Part shown: in pieces, positions 52,861 through 64,000 of the stretch
Layout of the letters: the number at the start of each line of letters is the position of its first letter
Numbering within the stretch: position 1 is the stretch's first letter
NCBI GenBank assembly: GCA_965235115.1
Contig: OZ249436.1
Coordinates: 2,296,001 to 2,360,000, forward strand
DNA: 64,000 bases
DNA from: Laetmonice hystrix
Lineage: Eukaryota
Direction of reading: 5' to 3'
Position numbers and translations under genes: made by a program
The notes under the pieces: model-generated
What the model saw: only the letters and a program-made list of their open reading frames with translations
Told to the model about the DNA's origin: nothing
The model's database searches: none

Positions 52861-53454
52861 CATCAGTAAAGCAATGTCCCAACATGAACCCGGCAGAAAC
52901 ACGAATTTATCATTAGGTGGGTTGCTTCTTATTCAAGAAAAGCATTTCAAAAGAAAAGCGGACAAAAAGTAATGGAGAAATCGAGAAGTTCAAACAGAAC
53001 TGTCGCCTGATGTAGAGCTTGCATGATTCGCAGTAGAAACATTACAAAACATCCAATTACCGAACATGTTAAGAATTTATTTCTGTAAAATGCATTAATT
53101 CGACGAAATCCAATTAACCATCTAACAGGCCCAAGAATGTGATTTCTATCCTGAGGGTTTTAGCTCGAGGTTACCATAGAGTGATACGGGTTTGGAGTCC
53201 TATTTTACGGTTTCCAAGGTTATTCTCCCCAGGTAACATTGCTACAAAATTGAGGGCAACGGTTAGGGATATAGGCAGTAGGATTAGGGATATCAATAAG
53301 ATTTTGTGTAGTTCCGGACTGGGAGGAGGGGTTAGGGTTAGGTTTGCGGATAGGAGGAGTGGTAAAATTTTAGGTTTTGTTAGGTTTTGGGATAGGAGTG
53401 GTGGTAAAGATTAGGTTTTGTAGGTTTGGGGATAGGATGAGTGGTAAAGAGGAG

Positions 53455-54682
53455 TCTGTATGTCTGTATGTCATGTTGAGGATTCTGTATGTCCTGTTGG
53501 AGGATTCTGTATGTCCTGTTGGGGGATTCTGTATGTCCTGTGGGAGGATTCTGTATGTCCTGTTGGAGGATTCTGTATGTCCTATTGGATGATTCTGTAT
53601 GTCCTGTTGGAGGATTCTGTATGTCCTGTTGGGGGATTCTGTATGTCCTGTTTGAGGATTCTGTATGTCCTGTTGGGGAATTCTGTATGTCCTGTTGGAG
53701 GATTCTGTATGTCCTGTTGGAGGATTCTGTATGTCCTGTTGGAGGATTCTGTATGTCCTGTTGGAGGATTCTGTATGTCCTGTTGGGGGATTATGTATGT
53801 CCTGTTGGAGGATTCTGTATGTCCTGTTGGAGGATTCTGTATGTCCTGTTGGAGGATTCTGTATGTCCTGTTGGAGGATTCTGTATGTCCTGTTGGAGGA
53901 TTCTGTATGTCCTGTTGGAGGATTCTGTATGTCCTGTTGGAGGATTCTGTATGTCCTATTGGATGATTCTGTATGTCCTGTTGGAGGATTCTGTATGTCC
54001 TGTTGGAGGATTCTGTATGTCCTATTGGATGATTCTGTATGTCCTGTTGGAGGATTCTGTATGTCCTGTTGGGGGATTCTGTATGTCCTGTTGGAGGATT
54101 CTGTATGTCCTGTTGGGGGATTCTGTATGTCCTGTTGGAGGATTCTGTATGTCCTGTTGGAGGATTCTGTATGTCCTGTTGGAGGATTCTGTATGTCCTG
54201 TTGGAGGATTCTGTATGTCCTGTTGGAGGATTCTGTATGTCCTGTTGGGGGATTCTGTATGTCCTGTTGGAGGATTCTGTATGTCCTGTTGAGGATTCTG
54301 TATGTCCTGTTGGGGGATTCTGTATGTCCTGTTGGAGGATTCTGTATGTCCTGTTGGAGGATTCTGTATGTCCTGTTGAGGATTCTGTATGTCCTGTTTG
54401 AGGATTCTGTATGTCCTGTTGGAGGATTCTGTATGTCCTGTTTGAGGATTCTGTATGTCCTGTTGGGGGATTCTGTATGTCCTGTTGGGGGATTCTGTAT
54501 GTCCTGTTGGAGGATTCTGTATGTCCTGTTGGGGGATTCTGTATGTCCTGATGGAGGATTCTGTATGTCCTGTTGGGGGATTCTGTATGTCCTGTTGGGG
54601 GATTCTGTATGTCCTGTTGGGGGATTCTGTATGTCCTGTTGGAGGATTCTGTATGTCCTGTTGGGGGATTCTGTATGTCCTG
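53455..54682. repeat. 22-bp minisatellite ~55 copies
   Basis: ggaggattctgtatgtcctgtt. Confidence 0.96.
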
Positions 54683-55177
54683 CAGCCGGAGTGTCTGATG
54701 TATTGGATAGAATAATATCCGTGGATATTATGACAGTCTTCCAGGCAGCAGGTCGGTTGTTTCCAGTGGCAGCAGACATTCCATCCCATCCATCAAATTC
54801 ACTGTGGAACCGATGGGGTTCACTTCATCACTTCATCATTGTCTGGATCAAGATCAAAAACTTACTTTGTGTGCCGAAAAAAATGCAGGTTTAGGTAGGA
54901 AATCTACATGTTGGACAGAACAGTTAAAGAGAAAATGACAAATAACGATATGATTTCAAAGAAGAAAATTGATACGGATGTATTGACAGGATGCAATAAC
55001 TGGATGATAGAGGAAGATGTACGGCCACTCCAGAGCATCAGTTGGTGCGTTATATAAGTTACATCAAGGAACAGCAATCGTTAGGCTGGCTGCTGTGTGG
55101 TCATAAAACAACAGTCCTGTCTCCAGTCCAATTGTTTGATATGTGGTTGGTTAATGTTGGAGATATATATTGAGAAA

Positions 55178-57180
55178 TATTGACGACATACTCATCTGTT
55201 ATTTTTACTGGTTATGTTAGTATGTCTGTGTGCAGGCAATATTGACGACATACTCATCTGTTGTTTTTACTGGTTATGTTAGTATGTCTGTGTGCGGGCA
55301 GTATTGACCATCTGTTGTTTTTACTGGTTATGTTAGTATGTCTGTGTGCAGCCAGTATTGACCATCTGTTGTTTTTACTGGTTATGTTAGTATGTCTGTG
55401 TGCGGGCAGTATTGACCATCTGTTGTTTTTACTGGTTATGTTAGTATGTGTGTGTGCAGGCAGTATTGACCATCTGTTGTTTTTACTGGTTATGTTAGTA
55501 TGCCTGTGTGCAGCCAGTATTGACCATCTGTTATTTTTACTGGTTATGTTAGTATGTCTGTGTGCAGGCAGTATTGACGACATACTCATCTGTTATTTTT
55601 ACTGGTTATGTTAGTATGTCTGTGTGCAGGCAATATTGACCACATCTTCATCTGTTATTTTTACTTGTTATGTTAGTATGTCTGTGTGCAGGCAGTATTG
55701 ACCATCTGTTGTTTTACTGGTTATGTTAGTATGTCTGTGTGCAGGCAGTATTGACCATCTGTTATTTTTACTGGTTATGTTAGTATGTCTGTGTGCAGGC
55801 AGTATTGGCCATCTGTTGTTTTTACTGGTTATGTTAGTATGTCTGTGTGCAGGCAGTATTGACGACATACTCATCTGTTATTTTTACTGGTTATGTTAGT
55901 ATGTCTGTGTGCAGGCAGTATTGACCATCTGTTGTTTTTACTGGTTATGTTAGTATGTCTGTGTGCAGGCAGTATTGGCCATCTGTTGTTTTTACTGGTT
56001 ATGTTAGTATGTCTGTGTGCAGGCAGTATTGACCATCTGTTGTTTTTACTGGTTATGTTAGTATGTCTGTGTGCAGGCAATATTGACGACATACCCATCT
56101 GTTGTTTTTACTGGTTATGTTAGTATGTCTGTGTGCAGGCAGTATTGACCATCTGTTGTTTTTACTGGTTATGTTAGTATGTCTGTGTGATTGACGACAT
56201 ACTCATCTGTTGTTTTTACTGGTTATGTTAGTATGTCTGTGTGCAGGCAATATTGACGACATACTCATCTGTTGTTTTTACTGGTTATGTTAGTATGTCT
56301 GTGTGCAGGCAGTATTGACCATCTGTTATTTTTACTGGTTATGTTAGTATGTCTGTGTGCAGGCAGTATTGACCATCTGTTGTTTTACTGGTTATGTTAG
56401 TATGTCTGTGTGCAGGCAGTATTGACCATCTGTTATTTTTACTGGTTATGTTAGTATGTCTGTGTGATTGACGACATACTCATCTGTTGTTTTTACTGGT
56501 TATGTTAGTATGTCTGTGTGCAGGCAGTATTGACCATCTGTTGTTTTACTGGTTATGTTAGTATGTCTGTGTGCAGGCAGTATTGGCCATCTGTTGTTTT
56601 TACTGGTTATGTTAGTATGTCTGTGTGCAGGCAGTATTGACCATCTGTTGTTTTACTGGTTATGTTAGTATGTCTGTGTGCAGGCAGTGTTGACCATCTG
56701 TTGTTTTTACTGGTTATGTTAGTATGTCTGTGTGCAGGCAGTATTGACGACATACTCATCTGTTGTTTTTACTGGTTATGTTAGTATGTCTGTGTACAGG
56801 CAGTATTGACCATCTGTTGTTTTTACTGGTTATGTTAGTATGTCTGTGTGCAGGCAATATTGACCATCTGTTGTTTTACTGGTTATGTTAGTATGTCTGT
56901 GTGCAGGCAGTATTGGCCATCTGTTGTTTTTACTGGTTATGTTAGTATGTCTGTGTGCAGGCAGTATTGACGACATACTCATCTGTTATTTTTACTGGTT
57001 ATGTTAGTATGTCTGTGTGCAGGCAGTATTGACGACATACTCATCTGTTGTTTTTACTGGTTATGTTAGTATGTCTGTGTGCAGGCAGTATTGACGACAT
57101 ACTCCTCTGTTGTTTTTACTGGTTATGTTAGTATGTCTGTGTACAGGCAGTATTGACGACATACTCATCTGTTATTTTTC
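55178..57180. repeat. 54/63-bp minisatellite ~35 copies abutting a 3' splice site
   Basis: catctgttgtttttactggttatgttagtatgtctgtgtgcaggcagtattgac(gacatact). Confidence 0.96.
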
Positions 57181-57186
57181 TTACAG

Positions 57187-57251
57187 GAGATGGCCAATGG
57201 AGATATTGGTGACGGGGATGGGTCAAGATACCGGTGGCACGCCAACGGCGG
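57187..57251 (+). CDS. Probable 65-nt internal exon of an unidentified gene
   Basis: Strong acceptor ttatttttcttacag|57187 and donor GG|gtaagt at 57252. Two frames are open: EMANGDIGDGDGSRYRWHANG or RWPMEILVTGMGQDTGGTPTA. Confidence 0.6.
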
Positions 57252-57415
57252 GTAAGTTTACTAGTTACTCATCTTATCATATCGACACAACTCTAGGGTT
57301 CGTATGGGGCATTGAAATCGTTTAACCTCACTTAAAAACGATTGCTCCTCAAAATGTCCTTCGGATTTCATTTGTATTTGGGTAGTCTATGACTGTATAG
57401 ATTTTACAAAATGTC

Positions 57416-57554
57416 CAGAAAGACCTTCAAAGCAAGGTACCCTATAATTTTTACTCAGGAAGTAAAGTCGATTTTTAAGTATATCCAGGCAAGCTCGAAG
57501 TACTTTATTTCCTGAGTGACAATGATAGGGTACCTTGCTTTGAAGGTCTTTCTG
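57416..57554. mobile_element. 139-bp fold-back element (MITE-like hairpin)
   Basis: cagaaagaccttcaaagcaaggtaccctat is the exact inverse of atagggtaccttgctttgaaggtctttctg, and pairing continues inward. No TSD found. Confidence 0.7.
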
Positions 57555-58023
57555 CTATGGATACTAACACTGCCCTACTATTATAGTATGATATGATACC
57601 AGGAGAACACGTGCCGTGATTCTATTTATAGCTACTTGGATGATGAGAATTGTTATTGAATTGCAAGCCTGGAAAATAAAATCATGTACAGATTTTTCTG
57701 TATTAGCTCGGAGCATTATGCTCGATGCCTTGGGCGGGAAAGATCATTGACAATTTGATTTTGGTGATTTAAATTAAGGGATGCAAGTAACATTTTAAGG
57801 GTGAAAATAAGGCGAGTTGGCGGCTTGGGTTGGATTGAATAGATGTCTCCCCCGACGCTGGGAACCCGGCCGTGTGGACGCTGAACCTGGCAGGTTTCCC
57901 ACGGTGGATGGTAGAACGCCTCAGCCAGATGTAGAAGCTAGATGATTGAATTAGGGCGAACCAGCCTCCAAGAGACAGCCTGATGGCACTGCTTTGTTGT
58001 ACCACCCGCCGGCTCATTACACT

Positions 58024-58056
58024 TGACCCCGTGACCTCAGGGAGGTCATGGGGTCA
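58024..58056. promoter_or_regulatory. Palindromic cluster of four nuclear-receptor half-sites (two opposed DR2s)
   Basis: TGACCC-cg-TGACCT-caggg-AGGTCA-tg-GGGTCA. Confidence 0.5.
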
Positions 58057-58285
58057 GGCGGGCTGGCGATGATGGATCACCATGCCGATTGATTCGGCCA
58101 CTCTCCGAGCACAACTCACCGGAAGCAGGGGGCCGTATTCATGGGCCTTTTTAAACATGTAGTTCAGCGTTTTTTCACAGGCGCTGTCATCACCAATCTA
58201 GGGAAAGGTCATTTTGTTGGCTTCATTGAAGTATAGTCCAGGGGCGTGCAACAGATAAAGACCTACTGAGTAGTGTTCAGTTTAG

Positions 58286-58299
58286 CCACCAGAGGGCAA
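58286..58299 (+). promoter_or_regulatory. CTCF-like motif
   Basis: CCACCAGAGGGCAA. Confidence 0.55.
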
Positions 58300-58648
58300 T
58301 GCAGGAGTAACAGCTTTGCCCTGCGCATGCTCGGTGTGTAAATAATGTAGTGATTCCAGTAATGTCCTGATCATTGCCCAACATTTGAATGCCATTTTTA
58401 GGTCAGATAGTTTGCCGATATTGAGACATTAAGATTTAATAATATTGATAGGGATTGTTCAGAGCCGAGCGCAGGTAGTAAATGGTGAGACTGTGACTGT
58501 GGCACCCAAAGGATTCAATCTCATTCAGTTAGCATCTCTTATTCATGACTCTGTCTCCATTCTATCGCTCGACCCGAACTGCTACCTGAGGAAGAACCTT
58601 ACATCCAGTGGTATTTACCCCCTTCATAGCCCCCTCTTCTTTTTTGAA

Positions 58649-58720
58649 TAGGGGTGGATCCAGGGGGTTCAGGGGGGTTGATTACCCCATCAACCCCCTT
58701 CAGAAAATCCTGCATCCATG
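58649..58720. mobile_element. Degenerate short relative of the hAT-like MITE
   Basis: taggggtggatccagg ... aaaatcctgcatcca, resembling the 1390-1627 ends. Confidence 0.45.
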
Positions 58721-59031
58721 CGCGGAGAAAGAGAGAGACCATGACCATATATGGTGCTATGTGAAGTCGAGAAGACCTCAAGAATATGCATTGCAGAGAA
58801 GTCTAGAGTTGGCCATTTTATGGGATGACTGATGGCCAAAGAATGGCTGCAGATAGGTTATTACGATAAGAGCATTGTAATGAAGACATGTGTGGCCAAC
58901 ATGAAGGGGTGATTTAAGGGATCCGCTGAAGTAGAGGTTGCAGCAGTGAAATATATCCTATGTCTAAACGGCAGGTCAAGGCCCAGTGTGGCTGTATAGA
59001 CGGGGCCCAAACGGGTGGGAGGACGGGGGCA

Positions 59032-60160
59032 TCACATCAAGTACCGGGCCGGGGGAGGGGGCCCAAACATGGCTGGGGTAGGAGGGGGAGGGAGTCACAT
59101 AAAGTACCCGGGCGGGGGAGGGGGCCCAAACATGGCTTGGGTAGGAGGGGGGGGGGGGGTCACATAAAGTAACCGGCCGGGGGAGGGGGCCCAAACATGG
59201 CTTGGGTAGGAGGGGGTCACATAAAGTACCCGGCCGGGGGAGGAGGCCCAAACATGGCTTGGGTAGGAGGGGGGGGGGGTCACATAAAGTACCCGGCCGG
59301 GGGAGGGGGCCCAAACATGGCTTGGGTAGGAGGGGGTCACATAAAGTACCCGGCCGGGGGAGGGGGCCCAAACATGGCTTGGGTAGGAGGGGGTCACATA
59401 AAGTACCCGGCCGGGGGAGGGGGCCCAAACATGGCTTGGGTAGGAGGGGGTCACATAAAGTACCCGGCCGGGGGAGGGGGCCCAAACATGGCTTGGGTAG
59501 GAGGGGGTCACATAAAGTACCCGGGCGGGGGAGGGGGCCCTGGTAGGAGGGGGGTCCAGCAGGAGTGCCCGGCCGGGGGGGGGAGAGCCCGGCAGGGACT
59601 GGAGGACCAGCAGGAGTGCCCGGCCGGGGGGGAAGAGGCCGGCAGGGACTGGAGGACCAGCAGGAGTGCCCGGCCGGGGGGAAGAGGCCGGCGGGGACTG
59701 GAGGACCAGCAGGAGTACCCGGCCGGGGGGAAGAGCCCGGCAGGGACTGGAGGACCAGCAGGAGTGCCCGGCCGGGGGGGAGAGGCCAGCAGGGACTGGA
59801 GGACCAGCAGGAGTGCCCGGCCGGGGGGGGGAGAGGCCAGCAGGGACTGGAGGACCAGCAGGAGTGCCGGGCCGGGGGTGAGAGGCCGGCAGGGACTGGA
59901 GGACCAGCAGGAGTGCCCGGCCGGGGGAGAGGCCAGCAGGGACTGGAGGACCAGCAGGAGTGCCCGGCCGGGGGGAGGAGGGGCCGGCAGGGACTGGAGG
60001 ACCAGCAGGAGTGCCCGGCCGGGGGGAAGAGCCCGGCAAGGACTGGAGGACCAGCAGGAGTGCCCGGCCGCGGGTGAGAGGCCGGCAGGGACTGGAGGAC
60101 CAGCAGGAGTGCCCGGCCGGGGGGGAAGAGGCCGGCAGGGACTGGAGGACCAGCAGGAGT
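59032..60160. repeat. Two adjacent G-rich minisatellites (57 bp, then ~50 bp) sharing a cccggccggggg core
   Basis: gtcacataaagtacccggccgggggagggggcccaaacatggcttgggtaggagggg, then ccagcaggagtgcccggccggggggaagaggccggcagggactggagga. Confidence 0.94.
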
Positions 60161-60662
60161 GAACACAGCGCCGACAGAAACCATCTACTGGAGGTCGTAA
60201 TGAAATAAGTACGTGAAAACCCCCCAGCCAATCGACATCCATGCAGGAGCAGGCTGTGGTGGCAGTAGGGGCAAACAATGGGAATGGAAACCTAATCTAT
60301 TATATATACAGGGAGCCGAATCAAGAGTAGCTGGGAGTGGGAGCAGCAGGAATAATCCAAGAACCATGGGGGGCAGATCCAGCAATTTGCAGTCATACCA
60401 GGAACCAATGCCGACAATGTCGGAGCGGTAAGGGTAGGATTGAATTGGAGATCAACCCTCCCTGCCCCCCTACCCACCGCATTCTCCCCCACCCCGCACC
60501 CCTTCACGTCCAATATACGGACCCCGTTCTAGCGCTGGCAGGAGTAGACGGTACGGATAGCAGGGGTAATATTAGGGGACATATTATCAACAGCAAATAC
60601 CGGTTCTACTAACACCAGGCGGTACAATCAAACACGTCTTAAGGTTCAAGATACAAGCACCA

Positions 60663-61068
60663 ACAGTCACAGCAGTCACACAACAGTCACGGCAGTCACA
60701 CAACAGTCACAGCAGTCACACAACAGTCACAGCAGTCACACAACAGTCACAGCAGTCACAGCAGTCACACAACAGTCACAGCAGTCACACAACAGTCACA
60801 GCAGTCACACAGCAGTCACAGCAGTCACACAACAGTCGCAGCAGTCACACAACAGTCACACAACAGTCACACAGCAGTCACACAACAGTCACAGCAGTCA
60901 CACAACAGTCACAACAGTCACACAACAGTCACAGCAGTCACACAACAGTCACAGCAGTCACACAACAGTCACAACAGTCACAGCAGTCACACAACAGTCA
61001 CACAACAGTCACACAACAGTCACAGCAGTCACACAACAGTCGCAGCAGTCACACAACAGTCACAGCAG
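60663..61068. repeat. cagtcaca(caa/g) simple repeat
   Basis: Direct inspection. Confidence 0.93.
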
Positions 61069-61367
61069 TGCACCAAGGGTTTGTCAAGTAGTGAAGGAAG
61101 GTTGGGCTGAGTTGTCAGTCATGAAAATAGCAAAATAATATATTATTCCGACTAGGCACAATTTAATATGTGAACAGAATCTTTTTAATTGGCAAAGTGA
61201 TCAGAACTTAAATATACAGCGAAAAATGTTAGGCGGTTTGGAACCCCACTTATCCCCCCTAGATCTTCCTCGTGATTAAATCCAGCCTACCCCCCCATCC
61301 TGTTTCTGCATGAGGCTGGTACCTGAATAGACAGCAGGCCGGCCTCGGACCTCACGTACAAACCATA

Positions 61368-61568
61368 CCTCCTGCCGGACCTCCTGCCGGACCTCCTGCC
61401 GGCCCGGACCTCCTGCCGGCCCGGACCTCCTGCCGGCCCGGACCTCCTGCCGGCCCGGACCTCCTGCCGGCCCGGACCTCCTGCCGGCCCGGACCTCCTG
61501 CCGGCCCGGACCTCCTGCCGGCCCGGACCTCCTGCTGGACCTCCTGCCGGACCTCCTGCCGGACCTCC
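61368..61568. repeat. 12/17-bp repeat
   Basis: ggacctcctgcc(ggccc). Confidence 0.92.
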
Positions 61569-62371
61569 CGGATCCCGCCGACCGCGAGCCGTGACGTATC
61601 GTTTAGTAGCATCCTGTGACGAGCCGACTGATGGTGACCGCTTGCGTTATGAGTTCAAGATCTCTGGATGTTGTTGCCCCCAGGACCCCCGGTGGCTCAG
61701 CCAGGCTGACCGCTCCATAGCCAATTTACATTTTATTGGGGAGAAAGCTGTGAGACAACTTTTTATAGCTAGACGTCGATGATTTATCGCACTATCCGGA
61801 AGGGTTTTACATGAACACGCACTAAAGAAAATCATAATGTTATATTCAATCATGAAAGGCTGGTGGGTGATAATAAATTGGCGACAACAGCTTGTATTCT
61901 TCCGGTCAAATTCAATCACTAGAGTAACGTCTACAAAATGTCACTAGAGTAACGTCTACAAAATGTGCAATATTCAGTCCTTGTAAGGAATCTTCATTTC
62001 ACGATAACATTTTCCCTTTCATCAAGCGCTTCAATTTGTTTGACAGTCGACTGGTAGACAAGTAGAAAGCTCATAAATATAAGTTGACGGTCATAAATGT
62101 GAAAGCTGGAGTATTTATTTGACATGGCTGGTCAGTTTGTGGAGACAGTGCCGGCTTAACGTGACGAAGGGAGGTGGTTAGCGCAGTAAGCCTTGCTATC
62201 CGCGCCCGCAAGGGGACAACACTTACCGCCAAGTATATGAAACTGTCACTCAGATAATCACATGATCGATGAAGGACTTGCACATTGTGTAGAGAGATTT
62301 AAGGATGATCCAGGGGATGTTATAATCTGGATTATTTCAAATCCCGCCTGTATGTGTGTGTATGAGAGAGC

Positions 62372-62462
62372 TCCCTAGAGGGCGCCATCAACTGTTGCCA
62401 CCACTCTGACTGAGGTGTGAGAGCAGTGGGCCAGGCTGGCCGCTAGAGGCGCCACCTGTTGG
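62372..62462. promoter_or_regulatory. Cluster of CTCF-like motifs in both orientations
   Basis: TCCCTAGAGGGCGC (+, 62372-62385), CCGCTAGAGGCGCC (+, 62440-62453) and CCAACAGGTGGCGC (-, 62449-62462). Confidence 0.55.
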
Positions 62463-63006
62463 ACAGTGAGGCAATCAGTGCGAGCGGCGAGTGAGCGAGA
62501 ACCTGTGGCAGGGACAGTCTGACCAGTCGTACAAATTGCCAACTTAAATAAAGCAGGTCTGTCTACAGACTTTCGCTGATATTCTCAACCCCTGGCAATA
62601 GGAAACGGGAGGATTTGTTTTACCCAAAACATTTCACAACGTGGCGTTATTGATGAACCAGACGTGATGTGGGCTATACTCAGTGCGGAAAGGTTGTAAA
62701 TGAAAAGACATCAATATGAAAAAAAAACAAAAACATTTACACATTTACATTTACAACGTTTTTATCGAATACATCAACTACAGTACGTATTATGCACGGA
62801 ATCGTACAAGCCTTGCAACTTTTACTCATTTACTCAACCCGTCACTGCAAACGTTACACCACAGTCATCCATTTGACAGCGGTGTGTGCGGCTCCTTACA
62901 AAAGACGACCCCAGAAGGAAGCACCACATTAATTCGGTATTCTCAGATATAAAAACTTAACGCTCCTGTTTCACAACTATTGATGTCCAGAAATCCTGAC
63001 AGCAGG

Positions 63007-63081
63007 AATCATTGACACCTAATTAATCATTGACACCTAATTAATCATTGACACCTAATTAATCATTGACACCTAGTTAAT
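63007..63081. repeat. 18-bp repeat x4
   Basis: aatcattgacacctaatt. Confidence 0.9.
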
Positions 63082-64000
63082 CTCTGCTTGCATACTGTAG
63101 TATGCATGTCGTCTGAAAGGGCTCGGCTGACAAATTATTTGCCAGTTTCCCAGTTTCACCAGCAGGATAATGAGGAGTCGATGATCCATAACCTAACCGT
63201 ATCGACTCACCAACCACAGCACACGGCTACAAATACGTTTGAAATTCATACCAGGAGGCTTTCAAAGCTTACTGTTAACCTGATTAAATCTGAGAGCGAG
63301 TATCAATTACCAGTTGAAATGATCATACGAGTAGTGGGATAAATCAGTGTGGTTTTATTACTCTACAAACGACTGTACTACAGCCTGCACATTATCATGT
63401 TCTCTCGTTATCATTGCTCGATGACAAAGCGTTTCATTAGGTACGCTAGTGATTGAACAAGTAGCATGTATTTTTAGTCAGACACAAATTTCAGACATTT
63501 GACCATTTTGTAAAAAGTGATGTTGCTGTGTTTTTGATCCCAGTATTTTATAAGCTGAAATTATCATCGTCGACTCGTCACAGCAACTACGTCAGTGAGT
63601 GGGTGGGGGGGGGGGGGGGGTGAGTGAGGGGGGATAGTTTCTTTAGTCTATAGCCGTTGGGACGTGTGCAGGTGGCCAGAGTGACACGAACCGCGTGTAA
63701 TTTACAGGATTGTTCAGTGACAGTCAGCGTTCACTGCCCCTCCACTCCCCACCCCCAACCGTTACCCCGACCCCAACCCCACCCCACCTCACCCCCACCC
63801 CCTTGACACCGTCCAGGGCCGCGGGCGTGTTTCTAGATAAGGGCGCTCACAATAACGATATACGGTACATCATAGCGAGAGACGGCCAGTCTCCGACTTC
63901 TGCCTGGACCCCCCCCCCCACACACACACACACCCACACACACTTCACCCACCCCGCCACACCCACGTCCCTAATGAAGGTATGCATACAAAGAACCAGA

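Noticed and set aside
53260..53440. Interstitial telomere
   Set aside because: Only scattered degenerate TTAGGG hexamers, with no continuous (TTAGGG)n tract.
53370..54894. Overlapping 250-470 aa ORFs on both strands
   Set aside because: Produced by a 22-bp unit without stops, cycling through frames.
16165..57180. CRISPR-like arrays
   Set aside because: Units are head-to-tail with no unique spacers, no cas genes are present, and the context is eukaryotic.
58976..60612. Pro/Gly-rich collagen-like ORFs and downstream short ORFs
   Set aside because: GC-rich tandem repeats open in many frames, with no sustained Gly-X-Y register and no recognised domain.

Overview
Eukaryotic, almost certainly animal (probably invertebrate bilaterian) non-coding or intronic DNA. 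No recognisable protein-coding gene, RNA gene or CRISPR array is present, and nearly all long ORFs in the track come from stop-free tandem repeats. Positions 1-13797 are a ~7 kb tandem segmental duplication (or an uncollapsed haplotype). Both copies carry a CRE/CCAAT/TATA promoter-like region, and a probable exon (3926-4295) is present only in copy 1. By hand estimate about half the window is more than 35 mutually unrelated minisatellites (16-115 bp units) alternating with 0.1-1.9 kb unique spacers. Also supported: several MITEs (hAT-like, PIF/Harbinger-like, Kolobok-like), including a three-level nested stack at 14287-14955; a 5'-truncated LINE-like insertion in a 30-bp array; a well-delimited 65-nt exon at 57187-57251; several CTCF-like motifs; and a palindromic double-DR2 nuclear-receptor element. 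I found no convincing new enzymatic system. The most unusual signal is the pervasive local tandem amplification and its copy-number turnover between the duplicated copies. Array boundaries and copy numbers are approximate hand counts.
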